NCBI GenBank assembly: GCA_965207065.1
Contig: OZ242260.1
Coordinates: 2,432,001 to 2,496,000, forward strand
DNA: 64,000 nucleotides
Reading direction: 5' to 3'
Source of the DNA: a bacterium
Lineage (GTDB): Bacteria > UBA8248
Each line of letters opens with the position of its first letter. Positions within the stretch are counted from its first letter, which is position 1. Below are positions 1 through 12,393 of the stretch, piece after piece. The position numbers and the translations under genes are program-made. The notes below the pieces were generated by a model that worked only from the letters and a program-made list of their open reading frames with translations, made no database searches and was not told the origin of the DNA.

Positions 1-1055
1 CGGAGGAGATCGGCTTCGACGAGATCGACAAGGCGCCGGAGGAGCGCGAGCGGGGGATCACGATAGCGACGGCTCACGTTGAGTACGAGACGGACAACCG
101 CCACTACGCGCACGTGGACTGTCCGGGCCATGCGGATTACGTGAAGAACATGATAACGGGCGCGGCGCAGATGGATGGCGCCATACTGGTGGTCTCGGCG
201 GCGGACGGACCGATGCCGCAGACGCGCGAGCACATCCTGCTGGCTCGCCAGGTGGGGGTACCCTACATCTGCGTGTACCTGAACAAGGTGGACATGGTGG
301 ACGACGAGGAGCTTTTGGAGCTGGTGGAGCTGGAGGTCCGCGAGCTTTTATCGACGTATGAGTTCCCGGGCGACGACATACCGGTTGTTCCGGGTTCGGC
401 GCTGAGAGCCTTGGAGGGGACGGACACGTCTTCGATAGACGATTTGATGGAGGCGGTGGACGGCTACATCCCGGAGCCGGTCCGCGACGTGGACAAGCCG
501 TTCCTGATGCCTGTGGAGGACGTGTTTTCGATATCGGGCCGTGGCACGGTTGCGACGGGCCGTGTGGAGCGCGGGATCGTGAACGTTGGGGATGAGGTGG
601 AGATAGTGGGCATCACGGACACGCGCAAGACGGTTGCGACGGGCGTTGAGATGTTCCGGAAGCTCCTGGACCAGGGCCAGGCGGGTGACAACGTAGGGGT
701 ATTGCTCCGGGGCATCAAGAAGGACGAGATAGAGCGCGGCCAGGTGCTGGCGCAGCCGGCCTCGATCATGCCGCACCTGAAGTTCAAGGGTGAGGTATAC
801 ATACTGACGAAAGAAGAGGGTGGTCGTCACACGCCGTTTTTCAACGGCTACCGTCCTCAGTTTTATTTCCGTACGACGGACGTGACGGGTCTGGTGACGC
901 TGCCTGAGGGTCGTGAGATGGTGATGCCGGGCGACAACGTATCGTTGGACGTAGAGTTGATAACGCCGATAGCGATGGAGCGCGAGTTGCGCTTCGCGAT
1001 ACGCGAGGGAGGCCGCACCGTGGGGGCCGGCGTCGTCACAGAGGTCGTCGAGTAG
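1..1055 (+). CDS. tuf: Elongation factor Tu (5' end outside window)
   Basis: Open frame from position 3: [47 protein letters not shown]-terminal [12 protein letters not shown]. Confidence 0.99.
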   Translation, partial: EEIGFDEIDKAPEERERGITIATAHVEYETDNRHYAHVDCPGHADYVKNMITGAAQMDGAILVVSAADGPMPQTREHILLARQVGVPYICVYLNKVDMVDDEELLELVELEVRELLSTYEFPGDDIPVVPGSALRALEGTDTSSIDDLMEAVDGYIPEPVRDVDKPFLMPVEDVFSISGRGTVATGRVERGIVNVGDEVEIVGITDTRKTVATGVEMFRKLLDQGQAGDNVGVLLRGIKKDEIERGQVLAQPASIMPHLKFKGEVYILTKEEGGRHTPFFNGYRPQFYFRTTDVTGLVTLPEGREMVMPGDNVSLDVELITPIAMERELRFAIREGGRTVGAGVVTEVVE

Positions 1056-1080
1056 AGCGACGGAAGGATAACGCGAGAAG

Positions 1081-1389
1081 ATGAGCCAGAAGATTCGGAT
1101 TCGACTGAAGGCATACGATCATCGCTTACTGGATCAATCCGTGGGCGAGATTGTCGATACGGTGAAGCGCACGGGCGCTTCGCTGGTGGGGCCGGTGCCG
1201 CTGCCCACTTCCATCAACAAGTACACGGTGCTGCGTGGCCCGCATATTGACAAGAAATCGAGAGAGCAGTTCGAGATCCGGACGCACAAGCGGCTCGTGG
1301 ACATTATGGAGCCCACGCAGCAGACGGTGGATGCGCTCATGAAGCTGGAGCTTGCCGCCGGCGTGGACGTCGAGATCAAGCTGAACTAG
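1081..1389 (+). CDS. rpsJ: 30S ribosomal protein S10
   Basis: [15 protein letters not shown]...GPVPLPT...[14 protein letters not shown]; first gene after tuf. Confidence 0.99.
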   Translation: MSQKIRIRLKAYDHRLLDQSVGEIVDTVKRTGASLVGPVPLPTSINKYTVLRGPHIDKKSREQFEIRTHKRLVDIMEPTQQTVDALMKLELAAGVDVEIKLN

Positions 1390-1402
1390 ACAGGATGATG
1401 TG

Positions 1403-2116
1403 ATGCAATTTTTACTTGGCCGAAAAATCGGGATGACTCAGGTGTTTTCGCCGGATGGCGGAGCGATCTCGGTGACGGTGGTCGAAGCGGGCCCTTGCAC
1501 TGTCTTGCAGCGCAAGACCGAGGAAAACGACGGCTATGCGGCCGTTCAAATCGGGTACATGCCCCGAAAGGAAAAGGGCCTCACAAAAGCAGCCCTTGGC
1601 CATTTCCAGAAAGCGGGTACGCAGCCGTTTCGCTATCTGAAGGAAGTACCGCTGGAAGATGAAGACGCCGAGCTCGAAGCCGGCAGCCTCATCGACGTGA
1701 CGATATTCGATCGCGGTGATCGCATCGACGTGACGGGCACGAGCAAGGGCCGCGGCTTCGCCGGCGTGATGAAGCGTCACGGATTCGGGGGCGGGCCTGC
1801 CTCTCACGGCGGCATGTTCGATCGCCTGCCGGGTGCGATGGGAGCATCGGCGTATCCCTCGAAGATCATCAAGGGCAAAAAGATGCCGGGCCAGATGGGG
1901 AACGAGAAAGTTACCACGCAGGGGCTTTTGGTGGTGGACGTCATCCCCGAGGAGAATCTGCTTCTGCTCAGGGGCGCCGTGCCCGGAGCGAACAATGGAT
2001 TCGTGCTCTTGCGCAAGAGCGTCAAGGGCAACAAGGGCGGATTGGAAAAACCGAAAGAGCAGGCCAGGAGCCTGAACCCCCTGAAGGCTTCGAAGCGGGC
2101 CGCACGAGGGAATTGA
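1403..2116 (+). CDS. rplC: 50S ribosomal protein L3
   Basis: GRKIGMTQVF, DVTGTSKGRGFAGVMKRHGF, GKKMPGQMG; synteny. Confidence 0.98.
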   Translation: MQFLLGRKIGMTQVFSPDGGAISVTVVEAGPCTVLQRKTEENDGYAAVQIGYMPRKEKGLTKAALGHFQKAGTQPFRYLKEVPLEDEDAELEAGSLIDVTIFDRGDRIDVTGTSKGRGFAGVMKRHGFGGGPASHGGMFDRLPGAMGASAYPSKIIKGKKMPGQMGNEKVTTQGLLVVDVIPEENLLLLRGAVPGANNGFVLLRKSVKGNKGGLEKPKEQARSLNPLKASKRAARGN

Positions 2117-2124
2117 GGAACGAG

Positions 2125-2751
2125 ATGCCCCGGATTGATGTGTATGACCTCGAAGGACAGGTAGTGGAGCAGATGGATCTGCCCGAGTCCGTTTTTGACG
2201 GTGAGGTGAAAATGCACCTGATCCACCAGATGGTGAAGGCGCAGCTCGCAGGAAAACGTGCGGGCACGCACTCGACGCTGACGCGCAAGGAAGTGCACGG
2301 CACGGGCGCGAAGCCCTTCAAGCAAAAGGGCGGGGGACGCGCGCGCGCGGGCGACGTCAAATCCCCCATATGGCGCCACGGCGGGGTCACCTTCGGCCCC
2401 AAACCGCGCGATTACAGCCAGAAGATGAACAAGAAGATGAAAAGCGGCGCGCTCAGGAGCGCCCTGAATTTGAAATGGAAAGAAGGAAAACTGCTCGTCG
2501 TGCGCGACCTCAATCTGCCTGAGCCTAAGACACGCCTGATGGCGGAAGTTATGGTGAACCTGAACCTGGGGCGCAAGGCGTTAATCGTAGATGATGGGAG
2601 CGAGCGGAATTTCGAGTTGGCGACGAGAAATATCAAGGGCGCGAAACCGATGAATCCCGAAGGCTTGAACGTATACGACATCTTGGGTCACGAGCACCTC
2701 GTTTGCACCAAGGGCGCGCTTGATGGCATTTCGGAAAGATTGGCGGGTTAG
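2125..2751 (+). CDS. rplD: 50S ribosomal protein L4
   Basis: RAGTHSTLTRKEV, KPFKQKGGGRARAG, SPIWRHGGVTFGPKPRDY; ATG at 2125 after GAGG. Confidence 0.98.
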   Translation: MPRIDVYDLEGQVVEQMDLPESVFDGEVKMHLIHQMVKAQLAGKRAGTHSTLTRKEVHGTGAKPFKQKGGGRARAGDVKSPIWRHGGVTFGPKPRDYSQKMNKKMKSGALRSALNLKWKEGKLLVVRDLNLPEPKTRLMAEVMVNLNLGRKALIVDDGSERNFELATRNIKGAKPMNPEGLNVYDILGHEHLVCTKGALDGISERLAG

Positions 2752-2754
2752 GTC

Positions 2755-3042
2755 ATGGAGAGTACATACATCATCCGCAGGCCCTGCGTGACGGAAAAAA
2801 GCATCGCGAGCTCCGAGGAAGCGAACAAGGTCGTCTTCGAGGTAGCCGTCGGAGCGAACAAGATAGAGATAAAAAAGGCGGTGCAGGAGTTGTTCGGTGT
2901 CACGGTGCTGAACGTGAACACGATGCGGGTGCCCGGAAAGAAGGTTCGCATGGGCCGCCATCAGGGCGCCAAACCAGCGTGGAAAAAAGCGATTGTGACG
3001 CTTCGCGAAGGCGATACGATCGAATTTTTTGAATCTACTTAG
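2755..3042 (+). CDS. rplW: 50S ribosomal protein L23
   Basis: [35 protein letters not shown]. Confidence 0.98.
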   Translation: MESTYIIRRPCVTEKSIASSEEANKVVFEVAVGANKIEIKKAVQELFGVTVLNVNTMRVPGKKVRMGRHQGAKPAWKKAIVTLREGDTIEFFEST

Positions 3043-3059
3043 CTATTGAGACGAGTGCT

Positions 3060-3890
3060 ATGCCGGTAAAAAAATACAAGCCGACTTCCCCGGGGCGGAG
3101 ATTCCAGGACGTTCTCCTGCGGGATGAGATTACGACGGACCGGCCCGAGAAGTCCCTGACAAAGGGGCTGTCGAAATCCGGCGGGCGGAACAACCGGGGC
3201 CGCATCACCACCTACCAGAGGGGCGGAGGCCACAAGCGTCGCTACCGGGTGGTGGATTTCCGGCGCGAGAAAACCGGCGTGCCCGGCAAGGTGCGCTCCA
3301 TAGAATATGACCCGAACCGCTCCGCGCGGTTGGCGCTCATCGTCTATCTGGACGGAGAGAAGCGCTACATTATCGCGCCCGACGGCCTGGAAGTGGGCGC
3401 GACCGTCAGTTCCGGACCGGATGCTGAGATCCGCATCGGCAACGCGCTGCCCGTGGAGCGGATTCCGCTGGGTACCACGTGCCACAACATCGAGATGAAA
3501 CCCGGGCGCGGCGGACAAATCGCCCGCAGCGCGGGTGTGAGCGCCCAGCTCATGGCGAAAGAGGGAAATTACGCGCAGTTCCGGCTCTCCTCCGGAGAGG
3601 TGCGCATGATTCATCTGTCGTGCTACGCCACGATAGGCGAAGTGGGAAATTCCGACCACAGCAACGTAAGTCTCGGCAAGGCGGGGCGCAAGCGTTGGCT
3701 GGGTCGTCGTCCCAACGTCCGCGGCGTTGCCATGAACCCGGTGGATCACCCCTTGGGCGGCGGCGAGGGCAAAAGTTCTGGGGGCAGGCACCCGGTGACC
3801 CCGTGGGGCAAGCCGACCAAAGGATACAAGACGCGCAAGAAGGACAAGCCTTCTTCTAAATTCATCGTGCGGCGAAGAAAATCCAGGTAG
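3060..3890 (+). CDS. rplB: 50S ribosomal protein L2
   Basis: [36 protein letters not shown]. Confidence 0.99.
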   Translation: MPVKKYKPTSPGRRFQDVLLRDEITTDRPEKSLTKGLSKSGGRNNRGRITTYQRGGGHKRRYRVVDFRREKTGVPGKVRSIEYDPNRSARLALIVYLDGEKRYIIAPDGLEVGATVSSGPDAEIRIGNALPVERIPLGTTCHNIEMKPGRGGQIARSAGVSAQLMAKEGNYAQFRLSSGEVRMIHLSCYATIGEVGNSDHSNVSLGKAGRKRWLGRRPNVRGVAMNPVDHPLGGGEGKSSGGRHPVTPWGKPTKGYKTRKKDKPSSKFIVRRRKSR

Positions 3891-3916
3891 CCGGATTTCA
3901 GGGAGATTGGATAGCA

Positions 3917-4201
3917 ATGCCACGTTCTCTTCATAAGGGCCCATTCATAGATGCCCACCTTCGCAAGAAGGTGGAGGCGATGGACGAGAGCGGCGATAAG
4001 CGGATGATCAGGACCTGGTCCAGGAGATCCACCATCATTCCGGATTTCGTTGGCCATACGTTCGCCGTGCACAACGGTAAAAAATTCATACCCGTGTACG
4101 TGACGGAAAACATGGTGGGTTTCAAGCTCGGAGATTTTTCCCCCACCCGCACGTTCCGCTCGCACTCGGGAATGACGAAGCGGCAGGTTACGCTGAAGTA
4201 G
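3917..4201 (+). CDS. rpsS: 30S ribosomal protein S19
   Basis: [36 protein letters not shown]. Confidence 0.99.
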   Translation: MPRSLHKGPFIDAHLRKKVEAMDESGDKRMIRTWSRRSTIIPDFVGHTFAVHNGKKFIPVYVTENMVGFKLGDFSPTRTFRSHSGMTKRQVTLK

Positions 4202-4238
4202 GTATTGGTGGATTAGGCGAAACAGGCAAGGGAATGAA

Positions 4239-4574
4239 ATGTCCAAGGCGATTTTAAAATATTACCGCGCCAAGCCGCGGAAGACGCGCCAGGTAGCGGA
4301 TATGATTCGCGGCAGGCGGGTGGCGGACGCCCTGAATCTTTTGCGCCTGTCCACGCGTTCATCGGCCAAGGTGGTGGAGAAGGTTTTACTCTCCGCGCTC
4401 GCGAACGCTACCGACAAGGGGGAGCACGACGATCCCGAAGGTCTCATCGTGAAGAGTATTCGGGTTGACGAGGGGCCGATGCTCAAGCGGTTCCGGGCGC
4501 GCGCCCGCGGGCGCATCGGCCGCGTCAAACACAGAAGTTGCCACATTCGCGTGGATATCGGCGAAGCGAATTAG
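4239..4574 (+). CDS. rplV: 50S ribosomal protein L22
   Basis: [36 protein letters not shown]. Confidence 0.98.
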   Translation: MSKAILKYYRAKPRKTRQVADMIRGRRVADALNLLRLSTRSSAKVVEKVLLSALANATDKGEHDDPEGLIVKSIRVDEGPMLKRFRARARGRIGRVKHRSCHIRVDIGEAN

Positions 4575-4584
4575 GGGGATACAA

Positions 4585-5247
4585 ATGGGTCAAAAAGTTC
4601 ACCCCATCGGTTTTCGGGTCGGCATTACCAGGGGCTGGAATTCGCACTGGTTCGCCAAACACAATTTCGGCGACCTGCTTCTGGACGATCAGCGCATCCG
4701 CAAGTACGTGAAGGAGCGCCTCTCGCACGCAGGCGTGAGCAACGTGGAGATAGAGCGAGCGAGCGAGCGCGCGCGCATCAACATCTGGACGGCTCGGCCG
4801 GGCATCATCATCGGAAAGCGTGGTGCCGAGGTGGACAGGCTCAAGGCGGATCTGCAGGAACTCACCGGCAACCAGGTGAACGTGAACATCAAGGAAGTGC
4901 GAAAAGCCGAGATGGACGCCCAACTCGTGGCGGAGAACATCGCTATGCAGCTTGAGCGTCGGATCGCTTTCCGCCGCGCGATGAAAAAAGCGGTGACATC
5001 TGCTCTTCGCTTCGGCGCCAAAGGTGTGAAAATTCAGTGCTCCGGCAGACTCGGGGGTGCGGAGATTGCGCGGACCGAATGGTACCGGGAGGGCCGGGTG
5101 CCGCTCCAGACCCTTCGCGCGGACATCGACTACGGCTTTGCCGAAGGTAAGACGACATACGGGATCATCGGCGTGAAAGTCTGGATATTCAGAGGCGAGA
5201 TGATCCGGCAAGCAAGAAGAACGCCTTCCCAGACCTTGGGTTCGTAA
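4585..5247 (+). CDS. rpsC: 30S ribosomal protein S3
   Basis: [50 protein letters not shown]. Confidence 0.99.
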   Translation: MGQKVHPIGFRVGITRGWNSHWFAKHNFGDLLLDDQRIRKYVKERLSHAGVSNVEIERASERARINIWTARPGIIIGKRGAEVDRLKADLQELTGNQVNVNIKEVRKAEMDAQLVAENIAMQLERRIAFRRAMKKAVTSALRFGAKGVKIQCSGRLGGAEIARTEWYREGRVPLQTLRADIDYGFAEGKTTYGIIGVKVWIFRGEMIRQARRTPSQTLGS

Positions 5248-5267
5248 CAGGCGCTTAGGAGCGAGAC

Positions 5268-5675
5268 ATGCTGCAACCAAAAAGAACGAAGTTCAGGAAG
5301 ACGCAGAAGGGTCGTCTGGACGGAAAGGCCCAGCGCGGCTCGACGCTCTCGTTCGGCTCATACGGGCTTCAGACTTTGGAGACGGCGCACATTACGGCGC
5401 GCCAGATCGAGGCGGCCCGTATCGCGATGACGCGCCACGTAAAGCGCGGCGGAAGGATATGGATACGCCTCTTCCCCGACAAGCCGATGTGCAAAAAACC
5501 GGCCGAGGTTCGCATGGGCAAGGGAAAGGGTTCGCCCGAGTACTGGGTGGCGCCCGTGCGCGCAGGCAAGATTCTCTACGAGATGGACGGAGTCGCCGAT
5601 GACATCGCACGCGAGGCGCTTCGTTTGGCCGCTCAGAAGCTGCCGTGCAAAACCAGGATTGTGAACTCTTCCTGA
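5268..5675 (+). CDS. rplP: 50S ribosomal protein L16
   Basis: [32 protein letters not shown]. Confidence 0.99.
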   Translation: MLQPKRTKFRKTQKGRLDGKAQRGSTLSFGSYGLQTLETAHITARQIEAARIAMTRHVKRGGRIWIRLFPDKPMCKKPAEVRMGKGKGSPEYWVAPVRAGKILYEMDGVADDIAREALRLAAQKLPCKTRIVNSS

Positions 5676-5688
5676 GGGGGATGATGGC

Positions 5689-5910
5689 GTGAAGTACAGC
5701 GAAGTCCTCGAACTGAGCGATGATGAACTCGGGTTCAAGGAAAAGGAGTTGCGTCAGGAGTTGTTCAACCTGCGCTTTCGCAAGGCGACGGGCCAACTGG
5801 ACAACACGGCGCGCATCGGATTGTTAAAGCGGGATATGGCCCGGGTGTTGACTTCTAAGCGTGAGCGCAATAGCGCGCAGTCCGCAGGCGCAGAGGGAGA
5901 AGTGTCGTAG
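5689..5910 (+). CDS. rpmC: 50S ribosomal protein L29
   Basis: ELFNLRFRKATGQLDNTARI...KRDMARVLT; GTG start. Confidence 0.97.
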   Translation: MKYSEVLELSDDELGFKEKELRQELFNLRFRKATGQLDNTARIGLLKRDMARVLTSKRERNSAQSAGAEGEVS

Positions 5911-6171
5911 ATGAGTGAGGTTCGAGGCAGGCGTAAGGTCCGGGAAGGAAGGGTTACGAGCGACGTGATGGACAAGACCGTCACCGTCGAGGTGGTGCGT
6001 ATGTTCAAGCATACGACCTTCAAGCGTGTCGTGCGCAGGCGCAAGAAATATCTGGTTCACGATGAGGAGAACTCCCTCCATACGGGAGACAGGGTGCGTA
6101 TTATCGAAACGAGGCCGCTCAGCCGGAGGAAACGCTGGCGTCTTCTGGATGTAATTGAGCGCAGCAAGTAG
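5911..6171 (+). CDS. rpsQ: 30S ribosomal protein S17
   Basis: GRVTSDVMDKTVTV, HDEEN, GDRVRIIETRPLSRRKRW. Confidence 0.98.
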   Translation: MSEVRGRRKVREGRVTSDVMDKTVTVEVVRMFKHTTFKRVVRRRKKYLVHDEENSLHTGDRVRIIETRPLSRRKRWRLLDVIERSK

Positions 6172-6183
6172 GGAACGGGGAAA

Positions 6184-6552
6184 ATGATTCAGGTCGAAAC
6201 TATGTGCAGCGTGGCGGACAATTCGGGGGCGAAGCGCGCCCAGTGCATCAAGGTGTTGGGTGGCTCGCGCCGCCGGTATGCAAGAATCGGCGACATTATT
6301 GTCGTGGCCATCAAGGAAGCCGTGCCGAATAGTCCCGTGAAAAAAGGAGAAGTCAGGCGCGCCGTCGTCGTTCGGACCGTCAAGGAAACCGGACGCGAGG
6401 ACGGCACCTACATACGCTTCGACGACAATGCCGTCGTCATCATCAACGACGCGCGCGAACCGATGGGGACGCGCATTTTCGGGCCTGTGGCTCGCGAGTT
6501 GAGGCGTAAACGGTTCATGCGCATCGTTTCGCTCGCGCCTGAGGTTTTGTGA
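6184..6552 (+). CDS. rplN: 50S ribosomal protein L14
   Basis: MIQVET...[36 protein letters not shown]. Confidence 0.99.
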   Translation: MIQVETMCSVADNSGAKRAQCIKVLGGSRRRYARIGDIIVVAIKEAVPNSPVKKGEVRRAVVVRTVKETGREDGTYIRFDDNAVVIINDAREPMGTRIFGPVARELRRKRFMRIVSLAPEVL

Positions 6553-6560
6553 GGAACGAG

Positions 6561-6899
6561 ATGGGTTCGAATGCCAGGAAAACGCATGTGAAAAAGGGCG
6601 ACATCGTACAGGTGATCGCCGGCCGCGAGAAGGGAAAGACAGGCAAAGTGCTTCAGGTGCTTAAACATGAAAACCGCGTGATCGTCGAGAAGGTGAATAT
6701 CGTGAAGCGTCACACGAAGCCCAGCCAGGGTCAGCAGCAAGGGGGCATCCTGGAGCGGGAGGGCAAGATTCATATTTCCAACGTCATGCCAGTGGACCCG
6801 AAGACCAACCAGCCATCGCGGATTCGGAGAAAGCGGCTCGAAGACGGCGCGCATGTGCGTGTGACGCACCACAGCGGCGAATTGCTCGATACGGTTTAG
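6561..6899 (+). CDS. rplX: 50S ribosomal protein L24
   Basis: [18 protein letters not shown] (KOW), EGKIHISNV. Confidence 0.98.
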   Translation: MGSNARKTHVKKGDIVQVIAGREKGKTGKVLQVLKHENRVIVEKVNIVKRHTKPSQGQQQGGILEREGKIHISNVMPVDPKTNQPSRIRRKRLEDGAHVRVTHHSGELLDTV

Positions 6900-6922
6900 A
6901 ACAGAGAAGGATTTTCATAGAA

Positions 6923-7474
6923 ATGGCGTACTTGCCCAGAATGTTGCAGCTTTATCGTGATGAAATCATGGAAAAACTCCGCAATGAGTTTGAATACGCC
7001 AACGTCATGCAGATTCCACGGCTTCTGAAAATCACGTTGAACATGGGACTTGGAGAAGCCGTTCAGAATGCGGCGACTCTCGAAAATGGTGTCGCCGAGT
7101 TGACGAACATCGCGGGTCAAAAGCCCGTCATCACCCGCGCGAGAAAATCCATCGCGAATTTTAAGTTGCGCGAAGGCATGCCCATCGGGGCGATGGTGAC
7201 GCTTCGCGGTGCGCGGATGTGGGATTTTATGGACCGGCTTGTGAATGTGGCGCTCCCACGCGTGCGCGATTTCAGGGGCTTGAGTCCGAAGTCCTTCGAT
7301 GGGCGCGGGAACTTCAGTCTCGGAATCCGTGAGCAGCTCATTTTTCCTGAAATCGATATCGACAAGGTGGAGAGAGCGCGTGGCATCGGGGTAGTTCTGA
7401 ACACGTCGGCGAACACGGACGAGGAGGGCAGGGCACTGCTTCGCGAGTTGGGCGTTCCCTTCCGGGTGAATTAA
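6923..7474 (+). CDS. rplE: 50S ribosomal protein L5
   Basis: [36 protein letters not shown]. Confidence 0.99.
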   Translation: MAYLPRMLQLYRDEIMEKLRNEFEYANVMQIPRLLKITLNMGLGEAVQNAATLENGVAELTNIAGQKPVITRARKSIANFKLREGMPIGAMVTLRGARMWDFMDRLVNVALPRVRDFRGLSPKSFDGRGNFSLGIREQLIFPEIDIDKVERARGIGVVLNTSANTDEEGRALLRELGVPFRVN

Positions 7475-7484
7475 GAGGATATAC

Positions 7485-7670
7485 ATGGCGAAAAAGTGCT
7501 TGGTTGCGAAACAGAAGAAAACGCCTAAGTTTGGCGTGCGGGCGTATAACCGCTGCCAGCGTTGCGGGCGTCCGCGAGGCTACTTGAGGCGTTTCAAGAT
7601 TTGTCGAATCTGCTTCCGTGAATTGTCGCTCAAGGGTGAAATTCCGGGAGTCACGAAGTCGAGCTGGTAG
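7485..7670 (+). CDS. rpsN: 30S ribosomal protein S14, short zinc-binding (type Z) form
   Basis: 61 aa with [10 protein letters not shown]...ICRICFRE. Confidence 0.98.
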   Translation: MAKKCLVAKQKKTPKFGVRAYNRCQRCGRPRGYLRRFKICRICFRELSLKGEIPGVTKSSW

Positions 7671-7686
7671 TCGGAGAGCGAAGAAT

Positions 7687-8088
7687 ATGAGCATGACGGA
7701 TCCCATTGCCGATCTTCTTACGCGCATTCGCAATGCGGTGCGCGCGGGTCACGATAACGTAGAGATACCGGGCAGCGAGCTCAAGGCGCGGGTCGTCGGT
7801 ATCCTCAAGTCCCAAGGCTATATCAAAGGATATGATATCGAGCCCGGGCCGACGGGCCAGACCCGGATAAAGGTTGATCTCAAACCGCCTCAGGATGGTA
7901 AACTGGTATTGAGCGGCCTCAAGCGCATCAGCAAGCCTGGCCTTCGCGTGTACGTGGACAAGGATTCGGTACCCAAGGTGCTCAACGGCATGGGGATCGC
8001 CATTCTCACCACTTCGCGAGGGGTGGTGACGGATGATGAAGCGAGGAATCTGGGTGTGGGCGGTGAAGTTCTTTGTGAAATTTGGTGA
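7687..8088 (+). CDS. rpsH: 30S ribosomal protein S8
   Basis: MSMTDPIADLLTRIRNA, RISKPGLRVY, GGEVLCEIW. Confidence 0.99.
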   Translation: MSMTDPIADLLTRIRNAVRAGHDNVEIPGSELKARVVGILKSQGYIKGYDIEPGPTGQTRIKVDLKPPQDGKLVLSGLKRISKPGLRVYVDKDSVPKVLNGMGIAILTTSRGVVTDDEARNLGVGGEVLCEIW

Positions 8089-8098
8089 GGTGGTTTGA

Positions 8099-8644
8099 AT
8101 GTCACGCATCGGAAAAATGCCGATTCCCATTCCCTCGGGCGTGGAAGTGAAACTCGATGGACGCCACATCTCCGTCAAGGGGCCTCTGGGTGAGCTCGAG
8201 CTCGAGTTGCACCACAGGCCGAAGGTGGAAATTGATAATGGGAACATCGTCGTCTCGCGTGTCAGCGAATCGCGCCAGGACAAATCGCTGCACGGCCTCA
8301 CGCGTACGCTGATCGCCAATATGGTCGAAGGCGTGACGAAAGGGTTCGAAAAGGAACTCGAGATTATCGGCTTGGGGTATCGCGTCGAAGAGAGGGGCAA
8401 GGGAGTCGTCCTGAATGTGGGATATTCGCATCCGGTGAGCATTGAACCGATCGAGGGGATCACCTTCGAGGTGCAGAGCGACCGCAACCGGACGGCGATC
8501 AAGGTGAAGGGCATCGACAAACAGATGGTAGGCTGGGTGGCCGCTGAAATCCGCAAGGTGAAGCCCCCGGAGCCGTATAAGGGTAAAGGCATCCGCTATG
8601 CGGGCGAGACGGTTCGCCGCAAGGTCGGTAAGGCCGGCGTATAG
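8099..8644 (+). CDS. rplF: 50S ribosomal protein L6
   Basis: MSRIGKMPI, PPEPYKGKGIRY. Confidence 0.99.
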   Translation: MSRIGKMPIPIPSGVEVKLDGRHISVKGPLGELELELHHRPKVEIDNGNIVVSRVSESRQDKSLHGLTRTLIANMVEGVTKGFEKELEIIGLGYRVEERGKGVVLNVGYSHPVSIEPIEGITFEVQSDRNRTAIKVKGIDKQMVGWVAAEIRKVKPPEPYKGKGIRYAGETVRRKVGKAGV

Positions 8645-8661
8645 CGCAGGAGGTTTGAGAA

Positions 8662-9042
8662 GTGGGTCGACTGAGTAAGCTCGAGGCAAGGCTCAAGCGT
8701 AAGGTGAGAATCCGCAAGAAGAGCCGCGGAACGAGCGATCGTCCTCGATTGACGGTTTTCAGGAGCGGCGGACACATCTATGCCCAGGTCATAGATGATG
8801 TCTCGGGTGAAACCCTGGCTGCGGCCTCCTCGCGCGAGAAGGATTTCGCATCCGAAGCGAAGGAGGTCGAAAACGCGGGCGGGAACAACGTGGCGGGCGC
8901 CGTCATCGTCGGCAAGCTGCTGGCCGGTCGCGCGAAGGCCAAGGGCGTGGGAAAAGTGGTTTTTGATCGCAACGGCTATCTCTATCATGGCCGCGTGAAG
9001 GCGCTGGCCGACAGCGTGAGAGATACGGGGGTAAGTTTCTGA
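8662..9042 (+). CDS. rplR: 50S ribosomal protein L18
   Basis: [36 protein letters not shown]. Confidence 0.98.
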   Translation: MGRLSKLEARLKRKVRIRKKSRGTSDRPRLTVFRSGGHIYAQVIDDVSGETLAAASSREKDFASEAKEVENAGGNNVAGAVIVGKLLAGRAKAKGVGKVVFDRNGYLYHGRVKALADSVRDTGVSF

Positions 9043-9719
9043 TGGCGCGAGACGGAAGAAGAGGCCGGGCCAGAGAGCCTGAGAATCCCGAAGAGCGTGA
9101 ATTCATCGACCGGGTCATCTACGTGAACCGCGTCGCCAAGGTGGTGAAGGGCGGCAGGCGCTTCAGTTTCAGCGCCCTGGTGACCGTCGGCGACAGAAAA
9201 GGACAAGTCGGCATCGGGATGGGTAAGGCGAACGAAGTGCCCGAAGCCATTCGCAAGGGCGTGGAGAAGGCTCGCAAGGCGATGGTGAAGGTGGCCCTCG
9301 ACCACGAGACCATTCCCCACAAGACCATGGGCAAATACGGCGCGGGCCGCGTGCTGCTCAAGCCGGCGGCGCGGGGAACGGGCGTCATCGCTGGTGGCCC
9401 CGTGCGCGCGGTTTTGGACGTCGCCGGGGTGCGTGACATATTGACGAAGTGCATCGGCACGAACAATCCGCACAATGCGGCCAAGGCGACGCTGCAGGGT
9501 TTGACTTCGCTGCGCAACAGGGAAGAAGTTCTCGCGCTCCGGGGAATCGGCGTCGAAGACGCCGCCGCCGATGGCGCAGAGGCGGAGGATGTTGAGCTGG
9601 TGGCTGTGGAGAGTGAGGTCGCAGCGGAAGACGCCGTGAATAGCGACCCCGTAACCGACGAAGCCGGTGACGACGGCGACGCAAGCGACGCCGAAGATGG
9701 CGGCGCGAAAGAAGAATAG
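9042..9719 (+). CDS. rpsE: 30S ribosomal protein S5 with acidic C-terminal tail
   Basis: [34 protein letters not shown]. Confidence 0.98.
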   Translation: MARDGRRGRAREPENPEEREFIDRVIYVNRVAKVVKGGRRFSFSALVTVGDRKGQVGIGMGKANEVPEAIRKGVEKARKAMVKVALDHETIPHKTMGKYGAGRVLLKPAARGTGVIAGGPVRAVLDVAGVRDILTKCIGTNNPHNAAKATLQGLTSLRNREEVLALRGIGVEDAAADGAEAEDVELVAVESEVAAEDAVNSDPVTDEAGDDGDASDAEDGGAKEE

Positions 9720-9727
9720 AGGAAAAG

Positions 9728-9916
9728 ATGGGGCAGGATAAGATTAAAATCACCTTGAAAAAAAGCTCGTCCGGCTCGAACCCGAAGCAACGCGCCGTTT
9801 TGCATGGGTTGGGTCTGAGGCGGATCAACCAGACGGTCGTCAAGGCGGACAACGCCTGTATTCGCGGCATGGTGTTCAAGGTCAAACATCTCATAGAAGT
9901 GGAGGAGGGGGCTTAG
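9728..9916 (+). CDS. rpmD: 50S ribosomal protein L30
   Basis: KIKITLKKS...[10 protein letters not shown]...[12 protein letters not shown]; synteny. Confidence 0.97.
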   Translation: MGQDKIKITLKKSSSGSNPKQRAVLHGLGLRRINQTVVKADNACIRGMVFKVKHLIEVEEGA

Positions 9917-9930
9917 CTCCCCGGATTCAT

Positions 9931-10439
9931 ATGTCCGAGAACGACGCGAAGCCAGAAAATTCATTTACGGGCCTGGGTGATTTGTCCTCCCCGGAGGGGG
10001 CGATGAAAACCCGGCGGCGCGTGGGCCGCGGTACGGGCTCCGGAAGGGGCAAAACCTCGACGCGCGGGCACAAGGGGCAGAAGTCGCGTTCCGGCTACAG
10101 TCGAAAGGTGGGTTTCGAGGGCGGCCAAATGCCGCTGCAGCGCCGCTTGCCGAAGCGAGGGTTCAACAACCGCTTCCAAAAAGAATTCTCCGAGTTGAAC
10201 GTGGGGCGTTTGGGCGTGTTGGCCGAGGGCGCGAGCGTCGACGCCGATGCCCTGCGTGCCGCTGGCTTGGTACGGAAAGTAGCCAAAGACGGCGTAAAGC
10301 TCCTGGGTGAGGGTGAGGTCAATCGAGCGATTCACCTCAAGGTCCAGAAGTGCAGTGGATCAGCTCGCCGGAAAATCGAGAGTGCGGGCGGCAGTGTGGA
10401 GATCGTGGCTCTCGCCTCGAAGCCGGAGGATAAAAGCGA

Positions 10440-10443
<4 letters not shown>
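9931..10443 (+). CDS. rplO: 50S ribosomal protein L15
   Basis: RVGRGTGSGRGKT, GHKGQKSR, GFEGGQMPLQRRLPKRGF. Confidence 0.98.
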
Positions 10444-11762
<1,319 letters not shown>

Positions 11763-11763
11763 C

Positions 11764-12393
11764 GTGAAAATTATTCTTCTAGGTCCTCCGGGTTCGGGAA
11801 AAGGCACCCAGGGCATTATTCTCTCGAAGGAACTCGAGATACCCGAAATCTCGACAGGAGATATGTTGCGCCAGGCGGTGGCGGAGAAATCGGCGCTCGG
11901 TCAGCAGGTGGGAGAAATCATCAACCAGGGTTGTCTCGTGCCCGATGACCTCATCATTTCTGTGATCGAGGAGCGCATTTCCCGGGTGGACTGCGGTAAA
12001 GGATTCATCCTGGATGGTTTTCCCAGGACGATTGAACAGGGCGAGGCCCTGGAGAAAGTCTTGCCGGACAGTGTGGATGTGGTTATCTATTTCAATGTGT
12101 CGAGCGAATCCGTGGTGGCTCGTTTGGCGGGTAGACTCACGTGCAGGAAATGCGGCGCCGTCTTTCCCATCATGGATACCTCGCTTTGCACCGTGTGTGG
12201 AGGAGACCTCTACCAGCGCGAGGACGATATGACGAGCACGGTGCTTCGTCGCCTGAAGCTGTATCGGGAGCATACAGAACCGTTGGTGGCGTTTTACCGC
12301 GACAAGAATAAGCTCGCGGAAATCGACGGTGAGGGCAGCGTCGAGGATATCGCGCAGAGGGTGGAGGAAGGTATTGCCCAGGTGCTTGCTTGA
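11764..12393 (+). CDS. adk: Adenylate kinase
   Basis: GPPGSGKGTQ P-loop, STGDMLR, LDGFPRT, CxxC..CxxC LID; GTG start. Confidence 0.98.
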   Translation: MKIILLGPPGSGKGTQGIILSKELEIPEISTGDMLRQAVAEKSALGQQVGEIINQGCLVPDDLIISVIEERISRVDCGKGFILDGFPRTIEQGEALEKVLPDSVDVVIYFNVSSESVVARLAGRLTCRKCGAVFPIMDTSLCTVCGGDLYQREDDMTSTVLRRLKLYREHTEPLVAFYRDKNKLAEIDGEGSVEDIAQRVEEGIAQVLA

